NCBI RefSeq assembly: GCF_000011805.1
Contig: NC_006840.2
Length of the DNA stretch: 32,000 nt
Source: Aliivibrio fischeri ES114
GTDB taxonomy: Bacteria; Pseudomonadota; Gammaproteobacteria; Enterobacterales; Vibrionaceae
Reading direction: 5' to 3' (one strand)
In this document: positions 1-7,761 of the stretch, piece after piece
Position numbering within the stretch: the stretch's first letter is position 1
Layout: each line of letters opens with the position of its first letter
The notes under the pieces: model-generated
What the model was told of the DNA's origin: nothing
The model's input: the letters and a program-made list of their open reading frames with translations, nothing else
Database searches by the model: none
Made by a program: the position numbers and the translations under genes

Positions 1-921
1 GCACCAACCACCAATATCACAACGATATTTTTGATTTAAGTTTTGAACTTCATCACCAGCCGCATAGTTTGTTCCAGACTTGTATTGAGGGAGGCCTGCA
101 CACCCACCACTGGATGGTTCAGATACCTCAAGTGTAACGCCTTTACTTATGGTTGTCTGATTATCATTATCTGTCGCCTTTGCTTTAAATTGGTGAGGAC
201 CGCTTGTCGCTAACCATGAATACTCAAAAGGTGCTTCGGTATCAGTAAAAGCAAGTTGATTATCAATGTAGAACTCGACATTATTAATTACGCCATCACT
301 GTCATTTGCATTGGCTGAAACGACTAATGTGTCGCCTGTTGTTAGTTTTTCATTTCCTATTGGAGAGGTAAGTTCAATTGTTGGAGGGACAAGTTCACCT
401 GCTGATTGAACCTTTATAGAAACAGATTCTGTGGTGGTGGCACCTTCATCGTCTGTGGCAATAACAATAATTGATGTGGTGTTTTTAATAGCAATCCAAG
501 GTGTGTTATAAGGAGGGCTGGTAACAATGGCAATAGATTGATTGTTTGATAAGAATTCTACTTGAGTAATGGAACCGTCTTTATCATCAGCACTCGCTTG
601 AAGTGTTATCAGGCTAGCTTCAGGGATTATGGCATTATTTATTGGGGATATGATTGTCACTGTTGGTGCGATATTCTCACCTCCTGTACTACATTTACCA
701 AGATTCTTCCATTCTTGCCATTCACCGGAATGTGTTTCTGGATCGTTTCCTTGTGACCACCATTGGGCTTGGTAAGCAATATTGTTTTGTTGAACAGTAT
801 CCCCCCCACTATAAGCTTGAGTACTTTGCCAAATTGGCGTCGAGCTACAATCAAATGCATTTGCTCCATATGAGATAAAGAGAGCAGAAGCAATAGCACT
901 CTTAATGAATATCCCTTTCAT
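1..921 (-). CDS. Secreted carbohydrate (chitin)-binding protein, N-terminal 307 codons only (continues past position 1). Architecture: signal peptide, CBM5/12-like domain, two ~88-aa Ig-like (Big_7-type) repeats, second CBM5/12-like domain
   Basis: Absent from the ORF track because there is no stop in the window. My own minus-strand translation from ATG 919-921 (AAGGA 7 nt upstream) gives 307 uninterrupted codons: MKGIFIKSAIASALFISYGANA/FDCSSTPIWQSTQAYSGGDTVQQNNIAYQAQWWSQGNDP... The W/Y pattern is typical of CBM5/12. Repeats APTVTIISP...SIKV (nt ~406-669) and PPTIELTSP...TLEV (nt ~124-387). The C-terminal part reads YKSGTNYAAGDEVQNLNQKYRCDIGGWC. Confidence 0.75.
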   Translation of the reverse strand, partial: MKGIFIKSAIASALFISYGANAFDCSSTPIWQSTQAYSGGDTVQQNNIAYQAQWWSQGNDPETHSGEWQEWKNLGKCSTGGENIAPTVTIISPINNAIIPEASLITLQASADDKDGSITQVEFLSNNQSIAIVTSPPYNTPWIAIKNTTSIIVIATDDEGATTTESVSIKVQSAGELVPPTIELTSPIGNEKLTTGDTLVVSANANDSDGVINNVEFYIDNQLAFTDTEAPFEYSWLATSGPHQFKAKATDNDNQTTISKGVTLEVSEPSSGGCAGLPQYKSGTNYAAGDEVQNLNQKYRCDIGGWC

Positions 922-1173
922 ATATGTATCCTTAATTATCGAATGAATGGTTTTTAGCGTTAAATCTTTAATACCAATTAAGTTCTAGTAGAAAATAAGT
1001 GTGTTTTTTTATTTTGTTTTGCTAATTAACAGGAGATCACAGAGATAATTAAAGCTCTCATAGAGTTACGGCTCTTTTTAGAAAGAGTTCACACTAAAAA
1101 ATGCGATTTGAATTTAAAGCGTTACTCTTTATTTTTGCTATCATAAGCGGCTCTATTTTATGGGCTAGATAAG

Positions 1174-1659
1174 ATGATAAATAAAGAAGCATTATTAGAT
1201 TCGATTATTGATGAGTTGCGCAAGATCCATCAACTAGCGTTGGATGCTACTCAAAGAGCGATTGACCAAGCAACAGATAAAGAAGCGATAGCTCGAAGTA
1301 AGTATGAGACGTTTGGTTTAGAAGCTTCTTATTTGGCACATGGACAAGCGGTTAGGGTTTCTGAATGTGAGGCTGATATCTTAGCTTATCGAAAATTACC
1401 AAGGTTGGTTTATACAGAAAACAGCAGCATTAACCAAGGTGCTTTGGTTACGCTAGTGAATCAAGATGATGTTGAAAGTACTTTTTTTATTGGTCCATCG
1501 GCAGGTGGAGTGAAAGTGGCTCATCAAGACTTAGTGTTTTCATTGATTACGCCATCTGCACCATTAGGAAAAGCAATGATAGGGCAGCAGGTTGGGGATG
1601 AATTTGAATTGAACTTAGCTGGGAAAAAACAGCAATACGAAATTATTGATGTTCAGTGA
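1174..1659 (+). CDS. GreA/GreB-family transcription elongation factor-like protein (161 aa)
   Basis: The C-terminal half (GALVTLVNQDD...ITPSAPLGKAMIGQQVGDEFELNLAGKKQQYEIIDV) matches the GreA/GreB C-terminal FKBP-like domain pattern. The N-terminal part is helical and coiled-coil-like. Confidence 0.6.
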   Translation: MINKEALLDSIIDELRKIHQLALDATQRAIDQATDKEAIARSKYETFGLEASYLAHGQAVRVSECEADILAYRKLPRLVYTENSSINQGALVTLVNQDDVESTFFIGPSAGGVKVAHQDLVFSLITPSAPLGKAMIGQQVGDEFELNLAGKKQQYEIIDVQ

Positions 1660-1670
1660 TTTTTTGGATC

Positions 1671-1700
1671 AAAAAAAGAGAGGCGAACCTCTCTTTTAAA
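1671..1700. terminator. Bidirectional rho-independent terminator between convergent genes
   Basis: AAAAGAGAGG (1674-1683), loop CGAA, CCTCTCTTTT (1688-1697): a perfect 10-bp stem with an A-tract on one side and a T-tract on the other. Confidence 0.65.
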
Positions 1701-1720
1701 ATTTCATTTAGGCGGTGTAA

Positions 1721-2833
1721 TTAAACATTAGGAACAGCGATTTGACCATTAGTCAGCTGATCAGTATCAGCCTCAATGATTTCATCAATGTAAGTTTCTA
1801 CTGTTTGACCAACCATTTCGTCATCTTCCTTAAAGTAAGCAAGATGGAAAACAGCATCACCTTCATTAACTAAAGGTAAGGTTTGTTGACCAATAACAAT
1901 GCCGCCTTTATGTGCACGTAGTTCAATTTCACTATGGCCTAGTGGTGCGCTGATGTAAGCCAGAACTTGGCCTTTTTCAACTTGTTCACCCAGCGTTACT
2001 ACCGTACGTAAAATACCGTCGCTTTCTGCACGTAACCAACTTGTTGATTTAGCTATAACCGCTTCAGGTAAGCGTTTTCTGCTTGCCTTTAACATGCCAA
2101 TTGCTTGCATTACACGTTGTACACCTACATAACCTGCATTGATCGCAATTGGCTCAAAGCGCAAGGCTTCACCTGCTTCATAGGTTAATACCGGGATATT
2201 GCACTTTTCAGCTTCACTACGAAGAGAACCATCACGAAGAGGTGAATCAACAATCACTGGTGTACCGAATGCATGTGCAATACGTAACGTCTCAGGATTG
2301 CTTAAATCAGCTCGAAGTTGAGGAAGGTTCGTTCTGTGAATCGCACCTGTATGTAAATCAACAATATAATCACAACGTTGTGCAATCTGAGTGAAGAAGG
2401 TATTTGCCATGCGAGATGCCAAAGACCCTTTTTCAGAACCAGGGAAACAACGGTTTAAATCACGGCGATCAGGAAGATAGCGTGATTTATGAATGAAACC
2501 AAAGACGTTCACAATAGGCACAGCAATCAGTGTGCCTTTTAGTTTCTTCGGATCAATGTTATTGATTAATTGACGTACAATTTCAACACCATTAAGTTCA
2601 TCACCATGAATGGCAGCATTTACCATCAGGATAGGGCCAGCATGCTGGCCATTAATGATCTCAACAGGGATCGATAAAGGTGAATGCGTATAAAGCTTAG
2701 CGGCTTCAATTTCAATTACCTTTCTTTCACCAGGTGCAACCGAGTGCGTTAATAATTCAAACGCTTGATTTTTTTTAGCCTTTGCCACGAGTTTTAGTCC
2801 TTTTAGTCGCTGCATTTTTCTCAATAAAATCAA
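1721..2833 (-). CDS. Succinylglutamate desuccinylase/aspartoacylase (AstE/AspA) family zinc hydrolase, third gene of the rimK module. Start uncertain (ATG 2833, ATG 2815 or GTG 2788)
   Basis: HGDELNG and DLHTG metal-binding motifs and a C-terminal barrel-hybrid-like domain. Overlaps the rimK stop (2775) by 14-59 nt depending on the start used. Confidence 0.8.
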
Positions 2834-3680
2834 TAATTAGGCCTGCAACATCTTTACCTGTTGCTTTTTCAATGCCTTCTAAGCCCGGAGATGAGTTCAC
2901 TTCCATAACCAGTGGACCACGATCAGAGCGAAGTAAATCTACACCTGCAACATTTAAGCCCATGATATTTGCAGCAGCTACAGCTGTCTTACGCTCTTCA
3001 GGAGTTAATTTAACCAGTGATGCAGAACCGCCACGGTGTAAGTTAGAGCGGAACTCGCCTTCTGCACCTTGACGTTTCATTGCTGCAATCACTTTGCCAC
3101 CAATAACGAAGCAACGGATATCAGCACCGCCAGCTTCTTTGATGAACTCTTGAACCATGATATTTGCTTTTAAGCCCATGAATGCTTCAACAACACTTTC
3201 TGCTGCTTTACGCGTTTCTGCAAGAACAACACCAATACCTTGAGTGCCTTCTAAGAGCTTGATCACAACTGGCGCACCGCCAACCATGTCTAATAAATCT
3301 TTAACGTCATCTGGTTTACTTGCAAAGCCAGTAATAGGCATACCGATGCCTTTACGTGACAGTAATTGCATTGAACGTAATTTGTCACGAGAACGAGTAA
3401 TTGCAACAGATTCGTTTACTGGGTATACACCCATCATTTCAAATTGACGTAATACTGCAGTACCGTAGAAAGTAACAGAAGCACCAATACGTGGAATGAT
3501 TGCATCGTAATCAACCAGCTCTTCACCTTTGAAGTGAATTTGAGGTTTTTCTGAATTGATATTCATATAACAACGTAATGCATCAATCACTTTTACTTCA
3601 TGCCCACGGCTCTCAGCAGCTTCAATTAAACGGCTAGTAGAGTAAAGAGATTGGTTACGCGATAAAATACCGATTTTCAT
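2775..3680 (-). CDS. rimK: Ribosomal protein S6 L-glutamate ligase RimK (ATP-grasp)
   Basis: Collinear with E. coli RimK over its full length (MKIGILSRN...YSTSRL...GIGVVLAE...NLHRGG...VAGVDLL...[13 protein letters not shown]). Confidence 0.95.
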
Positions 3681-4120
3681 TATACAGTTTCCTCAAAATC
3701 AACAAGGTAAGATGACGATGGATCTACAACAATGCGGTCTTGCATTGAGGTTCTTCCAAGTAACATACGAAACACCATTGTTTCTCGGTTACTTAATGTA
3801 ATTTCAATTGGCCACTCTTGGCCTGCGAGTCGGATCATTGTTTTGATGACGTAGCGCATCTCTTCTTGACCGCTTGAGCTTTTTACTTTGCGTCGGTCTA
3901 CGATCGGTGCTTCACAGATTTGCACAAAATCGTTATTACGCTTTTCTGGGTGAATCCAGAAGCGGACCCAGTCTTCACCATCCTTTGTGAAGGGCTCTAC
4001 TTTAAAAGCATGCAAGCAAGAAGTTTTGGCGCCAGTATCAACTTTTGCCTTAATTAATTTAATACCAAGTTCTGGAAGGCTTAGTGATTCGCGCCATCCG
4101 ACAATGATTTTATCTGTCAT
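3680..4120 (-). CDS. ATP-dependent zinc protease family / retropepsin-like protein (PF05618, RimB-like), first gene of the rimK module
   Basis: 146 aa. GWRE...[19 protein letters not shown] is the family signature. Its stop overlaps the rimK start (TAATG at 3678-3682). Confidence 0.75.
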
Positions 4121-4611
4121 TAATTTGTCTCAAATAGAAAAAATCCACACTAAGTATAGTTAATACTTGGCGGATATCTAACCCATTTGGCTACCATCTA
4201 ATTGTCTGAGCGTGTTACTCAGTAGTCTGGAGTTTGGTGGAGTAAGTAGAGAGGTGTTATAGGATGTGTACACCGTGACTCAATGACGGCGAATTTATCA
4301 GTAGTTTTTAATTTCGTCAAATAAAATATTGATTATAAATTTGACGCTTTTGGATTACTTTTTCTAATGCTTATTTATTGTGAATAGAATAAGTCGTTCT
4401 ATTTGTGCTGATTAAAAAAAAAGCAAAACAGTAAGGTTAATTATAAAGAAAAATGAATAACTATAATTCCTTATATTCACTGCAGAATAGTGAATGTTGC
4501 TTTAAATCGCGATCAATAAGAAATAAATCAATTACTTTGATAATTATTTCTGGTTTTTAATGAAATCTGAGGTAATATAATCGCATTGTACTAGTTGAGT
4601 GATACATTTTA

Positions 4612-5955
4612 ATGAGCAGTAATAGAGAAAGTTTTAGTTCACGATTAGGTTTTATATTGGCAGCAGCAGGGGCTGCGGTTGGCCTTGGTAACATTTGGGG
4701 CTTCCCTACTCAAGCGGCAAGTAATGGTGGTGGCGCCTTCTTACTTGTTTATTTAATTATGATCTTAGTTGTTGCTTTTCCTATGTTGGTTGTAGAAATG
4801 GCCATTGGTCGTCACGGACAAGCAAACCCTGTTGATAGTATGCGTTCGTTGACTTCTAACCCATTAGGAAAGAAATTTGGTGCATTTGTTGGTTGGATTG
4901 GATTAAGTGTTCCTAGCGCAGTATTAATGTTTTATAGCATTGTTGGTGGATGGTTAATCTGTTTTCTACTTGGTGCTATGGCAAATGTTGTTGGATTGAA
5001 TGACGTTGCTGAGTGGTTTAAAGGCTTTAGTATTGAGCGTAATCTATTAGGTACGATCCTTTTTTATGTATTAACTATTCTAATCGTACAAGGTGGAATC
5101 AAAGACGGTATTGAGAAATGGTCAACTCGCTTGATGCCTGCATTATTCATATTATTTGGCTTATTGTTTGTTTATATCATGCTGCAGCAAGGGGCTGTAG
5201 AAGGATTGAAGCACTACCTTATTCCTGATTTTGAAAAGGTGATGGATAAGAAATTAATTTTAGCAGCAATGGGACAGGGCTTTTTCTCTCTGACTATTGG
5301 TGGTTGTTCAATGCTGATTTATGGCTCTTATTTAAGTAAGAAAGAGAACCTGCCTAAGATGGCTATGAATGTAACCTTAGTGGATACTGCTGTTGCTTTT
5401 ATTGCTGGTCTTGTTGTATGCCTGCAATGTTTGTTGCTATGCAAAAAGGCGTCAATTTATGCAGAGGACGGTTCGTTATTAAGTTCTGATACTTTAGTAT
5501 TTACTGTATTACCTATGATGTTTGATAGCTTAGGTTTGTTTGGTGATTTATTTGCTATTGTTTTCTTTGCGCTGTTAACGATCGCTGCTTTAACTTCGTC
5601 GATCTCTATGCTTGAGTGTTCAGTATCGTTAGTAAGTGAGCGATTTGAAACAAAAAGAACGCCAACAAGTTGGGTTTTAGGTTCATTAATTGCAGCATTC
5701 AGCGTTGTTATTGTATTTAATTTTGGTGAGCTATTTGGTTTAGTTGCTATGATTGCAACTCAGTATTTACAGCCAATTGCAGCATTATTGTTCTGTGTGT
5801 TTGGTGGTTGGGTATGGAGTCGTCATTCTAAAATTAAAGAACTTGAGCAGGGTTATCCTGAGTTCCAGCAAGGTTTCTTTGGTAAAATTTGGCCTCTGTA
5901 TGTGAAATTTGTGTGTCCTATTTTGGTTATCACGGTTTTATGGGCGTCATTCTAG
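4612..5955 (+). CDS. Sodium-dependent transporter, neurotransmitter:sodium symporter (NSS/SNF) family, with an internal out-of-frame patch (see findings)
   Basis: The N-terminal hallmark RLGFILAAAGAAVGLGNIWGFP, about 11-12 hydrophobic segments, 447 aa. Confidence 0.9.
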   Translation: MSSNRESFSSRLGFILAAAGAAVGLGNIWGFPTQAASNGGGAFLLVYLIMILVVAFPMLVVEMAIGRHGQANPVDSMRSLTSNPLGKKFGAFVGWIGLSVPSAVLMFYSIVGGWLICFLLGAMANVVGLNDVAEWFKGFSIERNLLGTILFYVLTILIVQGGIKDGIEKWSTRLMPALFILFGLLFVYIMLQQGAVEGLKHYLIPDFEKVMDKKLILAAMGQGFFSLTIGGCSMLIYGSYLSKKENLPKMAMNVTLVDTAVAFIAGLVVCLQCLLLCKKASIYAEDGSLLSSDTLVFTVLPMMFDSLGLFGDLFAIVFFALLTIAALTSSISMLECSVSLVSERFETKRTPTSWVLGSLIAAFSVVIVFNFGELFGLVAMIATQYLQPIAALLFCVFGGWVWSRHSKIKELEQGYPEFQQGFFGKIWPLYVKFVCPILVITVLWASF

Positions 5956-6000
5956 TTAGTTAGAAATACTCAACATTCAAACTGTCTCGTCCTAAAATAT

Positions 6001-6035
6001 AAAAAAAGCCAGCATGTTAATTATGCTGGCTTTTT
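6001..6035. terminator. Bidirectional rho-independent terminator (NSS gene and yaeP operon converge here)
   Basis: AAAGCCAGCAT (6005-6015), loop GTTAATT, ATGCTGGCTTT (6023-6033), flanked by A7 and T5 runs. Confidence 0.75.
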
Positions 6036-6054
6036 ACTTTTGATTGGATTTGTT

Positions 6055-6243
6055 TTATCTAAATTGTTTTGCTTCTTCTAGGTAGTCAAACCCTGCATCA
6101 GCTAGCTTTTTAATGAGAGCGTCTTTATCTAGTTCATAGAATTTTACGTAGTTATCTAAATCACCAAATTCATCTCTGATTTTCATATTAACCATACTCA
6201 TCAGCATGACAGGATCCATTGAAGCCATTTTTTCAGGTGTCAT
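6055..6243 (-). CDS. DUF4250-like small protein (62 aa)
   Basis: Intact ORF. Its start overlaps the yaeP stop (TAATG at 6241-6245). The sequence [26 protein letters not shown]...FDYLEEAKQF resembles the DUF4250 family from memory. Confidence 0.6.
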   Translation of the reverse strand: MTPEKMASMDPVMLMSMVNMKIRDEFGDLDNYVKFYELDKDALIKKLADAGFDYLEEAKQFR

Positions 6244-6449
6244 TACTTATCCTCAAAATCTGAAATTAATAAGTTAGCAGCAGCAAAGGCAGCACGTTCT
6301 CGAGCTTCTTTTGGTAATGCCTCATCAGCAGCAATATCGTTCAGTGTTTTTACAGCACAAGTGATAGCTTGTGGGATATAACCTTGATCACCACTACCAA
6401 TTAACGAATACAACTCACGGACTTTGTCACAACAATCATAAACTTTCAT
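6243..6449 (-). CDS. yaeP: UPF0253 family protein YaeP (68 aa). The ORF-track N-terminal extension to 6515 is rejected
   Basis: [65 protein letters not shown] is collinear with E. coli YaeP ([63 protein letters not shown]). Confidence 0.8.
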   Translation of the reverse strand: MKVYDCCDKVRELYSLIGSGDQGYIPQAITCAVKTLNDIAADEALPKEARERAAFAAANLLISDFEDK

Positions 6450-6513
6450 AATTTTTCTCATATAAATGATAACTATAGTGAGTTTACACGTTGAAAAAGG
6501 GAAAACATAGATC

Positions 6514-6551
6514 AAAAAAAGCTGAAAAACCTAGGGGGAAGTTTTTCAGCT
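6514..6551 (-). terminator. Rho-independent terminator of nanA
   Basis: AGCTGAAAAAC (6520-6530) pairs with GTTTTTCAGCT (6541-6551). On the minus strand it is followed by a T7 run (6514-6520). It lies 25 nt after the nanA stop. Confidence 0.75.
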
Positions 6552-6575
6552 TTAGAGCAAAGATAAGTCTGTATT

Positions 6576-7469
6576 TTATTGTATGAAACCAGCGTTTCTC
6601 ATTCGAGTTGCTACGGTTACTTTCTGCTCTGCAGTTAACGGCATTAAAGGTAAGCGAGGATCGCCAGCATTGATGTCGTGAAGCTCCATTGCAACCTTAC
6701 CAGCCGCTACACCGCCGAAATCTACTAATACACGGATAAGCTCAATAACATTTGTCATCTTATTGAATACCGCTTCTTGATCGCCACGATTAAACGCTTC
6801 GATAATGGAATTAAAATGTGGAGCAGCATAGTTATAAGTACTACCTACCGCACTTTTTGCGCCAACAGCAAGTGCGCCAGGTAGGTGCTCATCAACACCA
6901 AATGGAATATCAAATTTACCATCACAAGCACGAAGGCAACGTTGGTATTCGTACAAATCACCACTGTTAAATTTAAGACCAGATAAATTAGGAATGTGCT
7001 TATCGGCTTGGATTAAAAACTCTTCCATATTTAAATTCACACCAGACATGCCTGAGTGGTAGTAGTAGAAGCCTTTTGATGGTGCGGCAGCTGCAATGGT
7101 TGCACAGTATTCAACTAGGTCAGCTACGCTACCAGGTTTGAAGAAACATGGGCCAATTGCTGATGTTGCTAGAATATCGAGAGTATCTGCATGGCGTGTA
7201 AGTTCTAACGTATCAATAATGCTTAATGCGCCTGTATGTACAATGATATCTAATTGGTTATTAGAAGCACTTACCCAACGCTCAGCGATGGCTTTACGTT
7301 CTTCAACACTACAGTGAATGCCTTCTCCTGTAGTCCCACATACATAAATGCCTTTTACGCCATCTTTGATTAAATGCTTGGCGATTTTATCAATCTCTTC
7401 AAAGTTTACGTTGTTTGAAGAATCAAATGGAGTATGTGGAGCAGCAATTAAACCGGTTAACTTTTTCAT
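6576..7469 (-). CDS. nanA: N-acetylneuraminate lyase
   Basis: DapA/NAL-family protein of 297 aa (GLIAAPHTPF..., GIYVCGTTGEG, active-site Lys context GLKFNS). GAGG SD 6 nt upstream. Sits in a nan gene context. Confidence 0.9.
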   Translation of the reverse strand: MKKLTGLIAAPHTPFDSSNNVNFEEIDKIAKHLIKDGVKGIYVCGTTGEGIHCSVEERKAIAERWVSASNNQLDIIVHTGALSIIDTLELTRHADTLDILATSAIGPCFFKPGSVADLVEYCATIAAAAPSKGFYYYHSGMSGVNLNMEEFLIQADKHIPNLSGLKFNSGDLYEYQRCLRACDGKFDIPFGVDEHLPGALAVGAKSAVGSTYNYAAPHFNSIIEAFNRGDQEAVFNKMTNVIELIRVLVDFGGVAAGKVAMELHDINAGDPRLPLMPLTAEQKVTVATRMRNAGFIQ

Positions 7470-7523
7470 TTAAGCCTCGTTAGTTTATTTTTAATGAAGT
7501 TATTCTTCATTTAAATATCAATA

Positions 7524-7557
7524 TTGGAGTTAAACTAATCTTATGGAGTAAAGTTTC
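7524..7557. promoter_or_regulatory. Two GGAGT-N3-ACTNN boxes proximal to nanA (candidate NanR operator half-sites)
   Basis: TTGGAGTTAAACTAA (7524-7538) and ATGGAGTAAAGTTTC (7543-7557). They belong to a box family repeated in both nan divergent promoter regions. Confidence 0.4.
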
Positions 7558-7682
7558 ATTTAGCAACATGAAAATCACAGCGTAATGTCGTAAATGTGAT
7601 CTGTGAGAGTAAATTTAGCGCTAATTATTTTTATATGTGTCGTATTTATTCTTTTTTAGTGTAAATAATGCGAATAATAATT

Positions 7683-7718
7683 ATGGAGTTACACTTCACA
7701 AAGTGGGAGTAGCATGAC
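7683..7718. promoter_or_regulatory. Two GGAGT-type boxes proximal to nanR (candidate NanR autoregulatory operator)
   Basis: ATGGAGTTACACTTC (7683-7697) is 14/15 identical to the box at 9893-9907. A weaker TGGGAGTAGCATGAC lies at 7704-7718. Confidence 0.4.
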
Positions 7719-7761
7719 AAAATGAAATTCACAACGTGTTTTATTCAAGGGTTACTTTCTG

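Noticed and set aside
562-899. Three overlapping ORF-track entries (562-756 +, 654-878 +, 657-899 -)
   Set aside because: All are shadow frames of the real minus-strand gene (1-921). That gene has a start, SD, signal peptide and recognisable domains; the shadows have low-complexity, Cys/Trp-rich unnatural sequences.
4200-4320. Glycine or other riboswitch upstream of the NSS transporter (GGAG/CACCG-containing GC-richer patch)
   Set aside because: The conserved glycine-riboswitch core (GGAGAG...CGCCGAAGG.GCAA...CTCAGGCAAAAGGAC) is not present. No convincing multi-stem fold or terminator could be drawn.
7592-7613. Possible CRP site AAATGTGATCTGTGAGAGTAAA in the nanA-nanR region
   Set aside because: Only the left half (TGTGA) matches. 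The right half (AGAGT) is far from TCACA, so this cannot be called from sequence alone.
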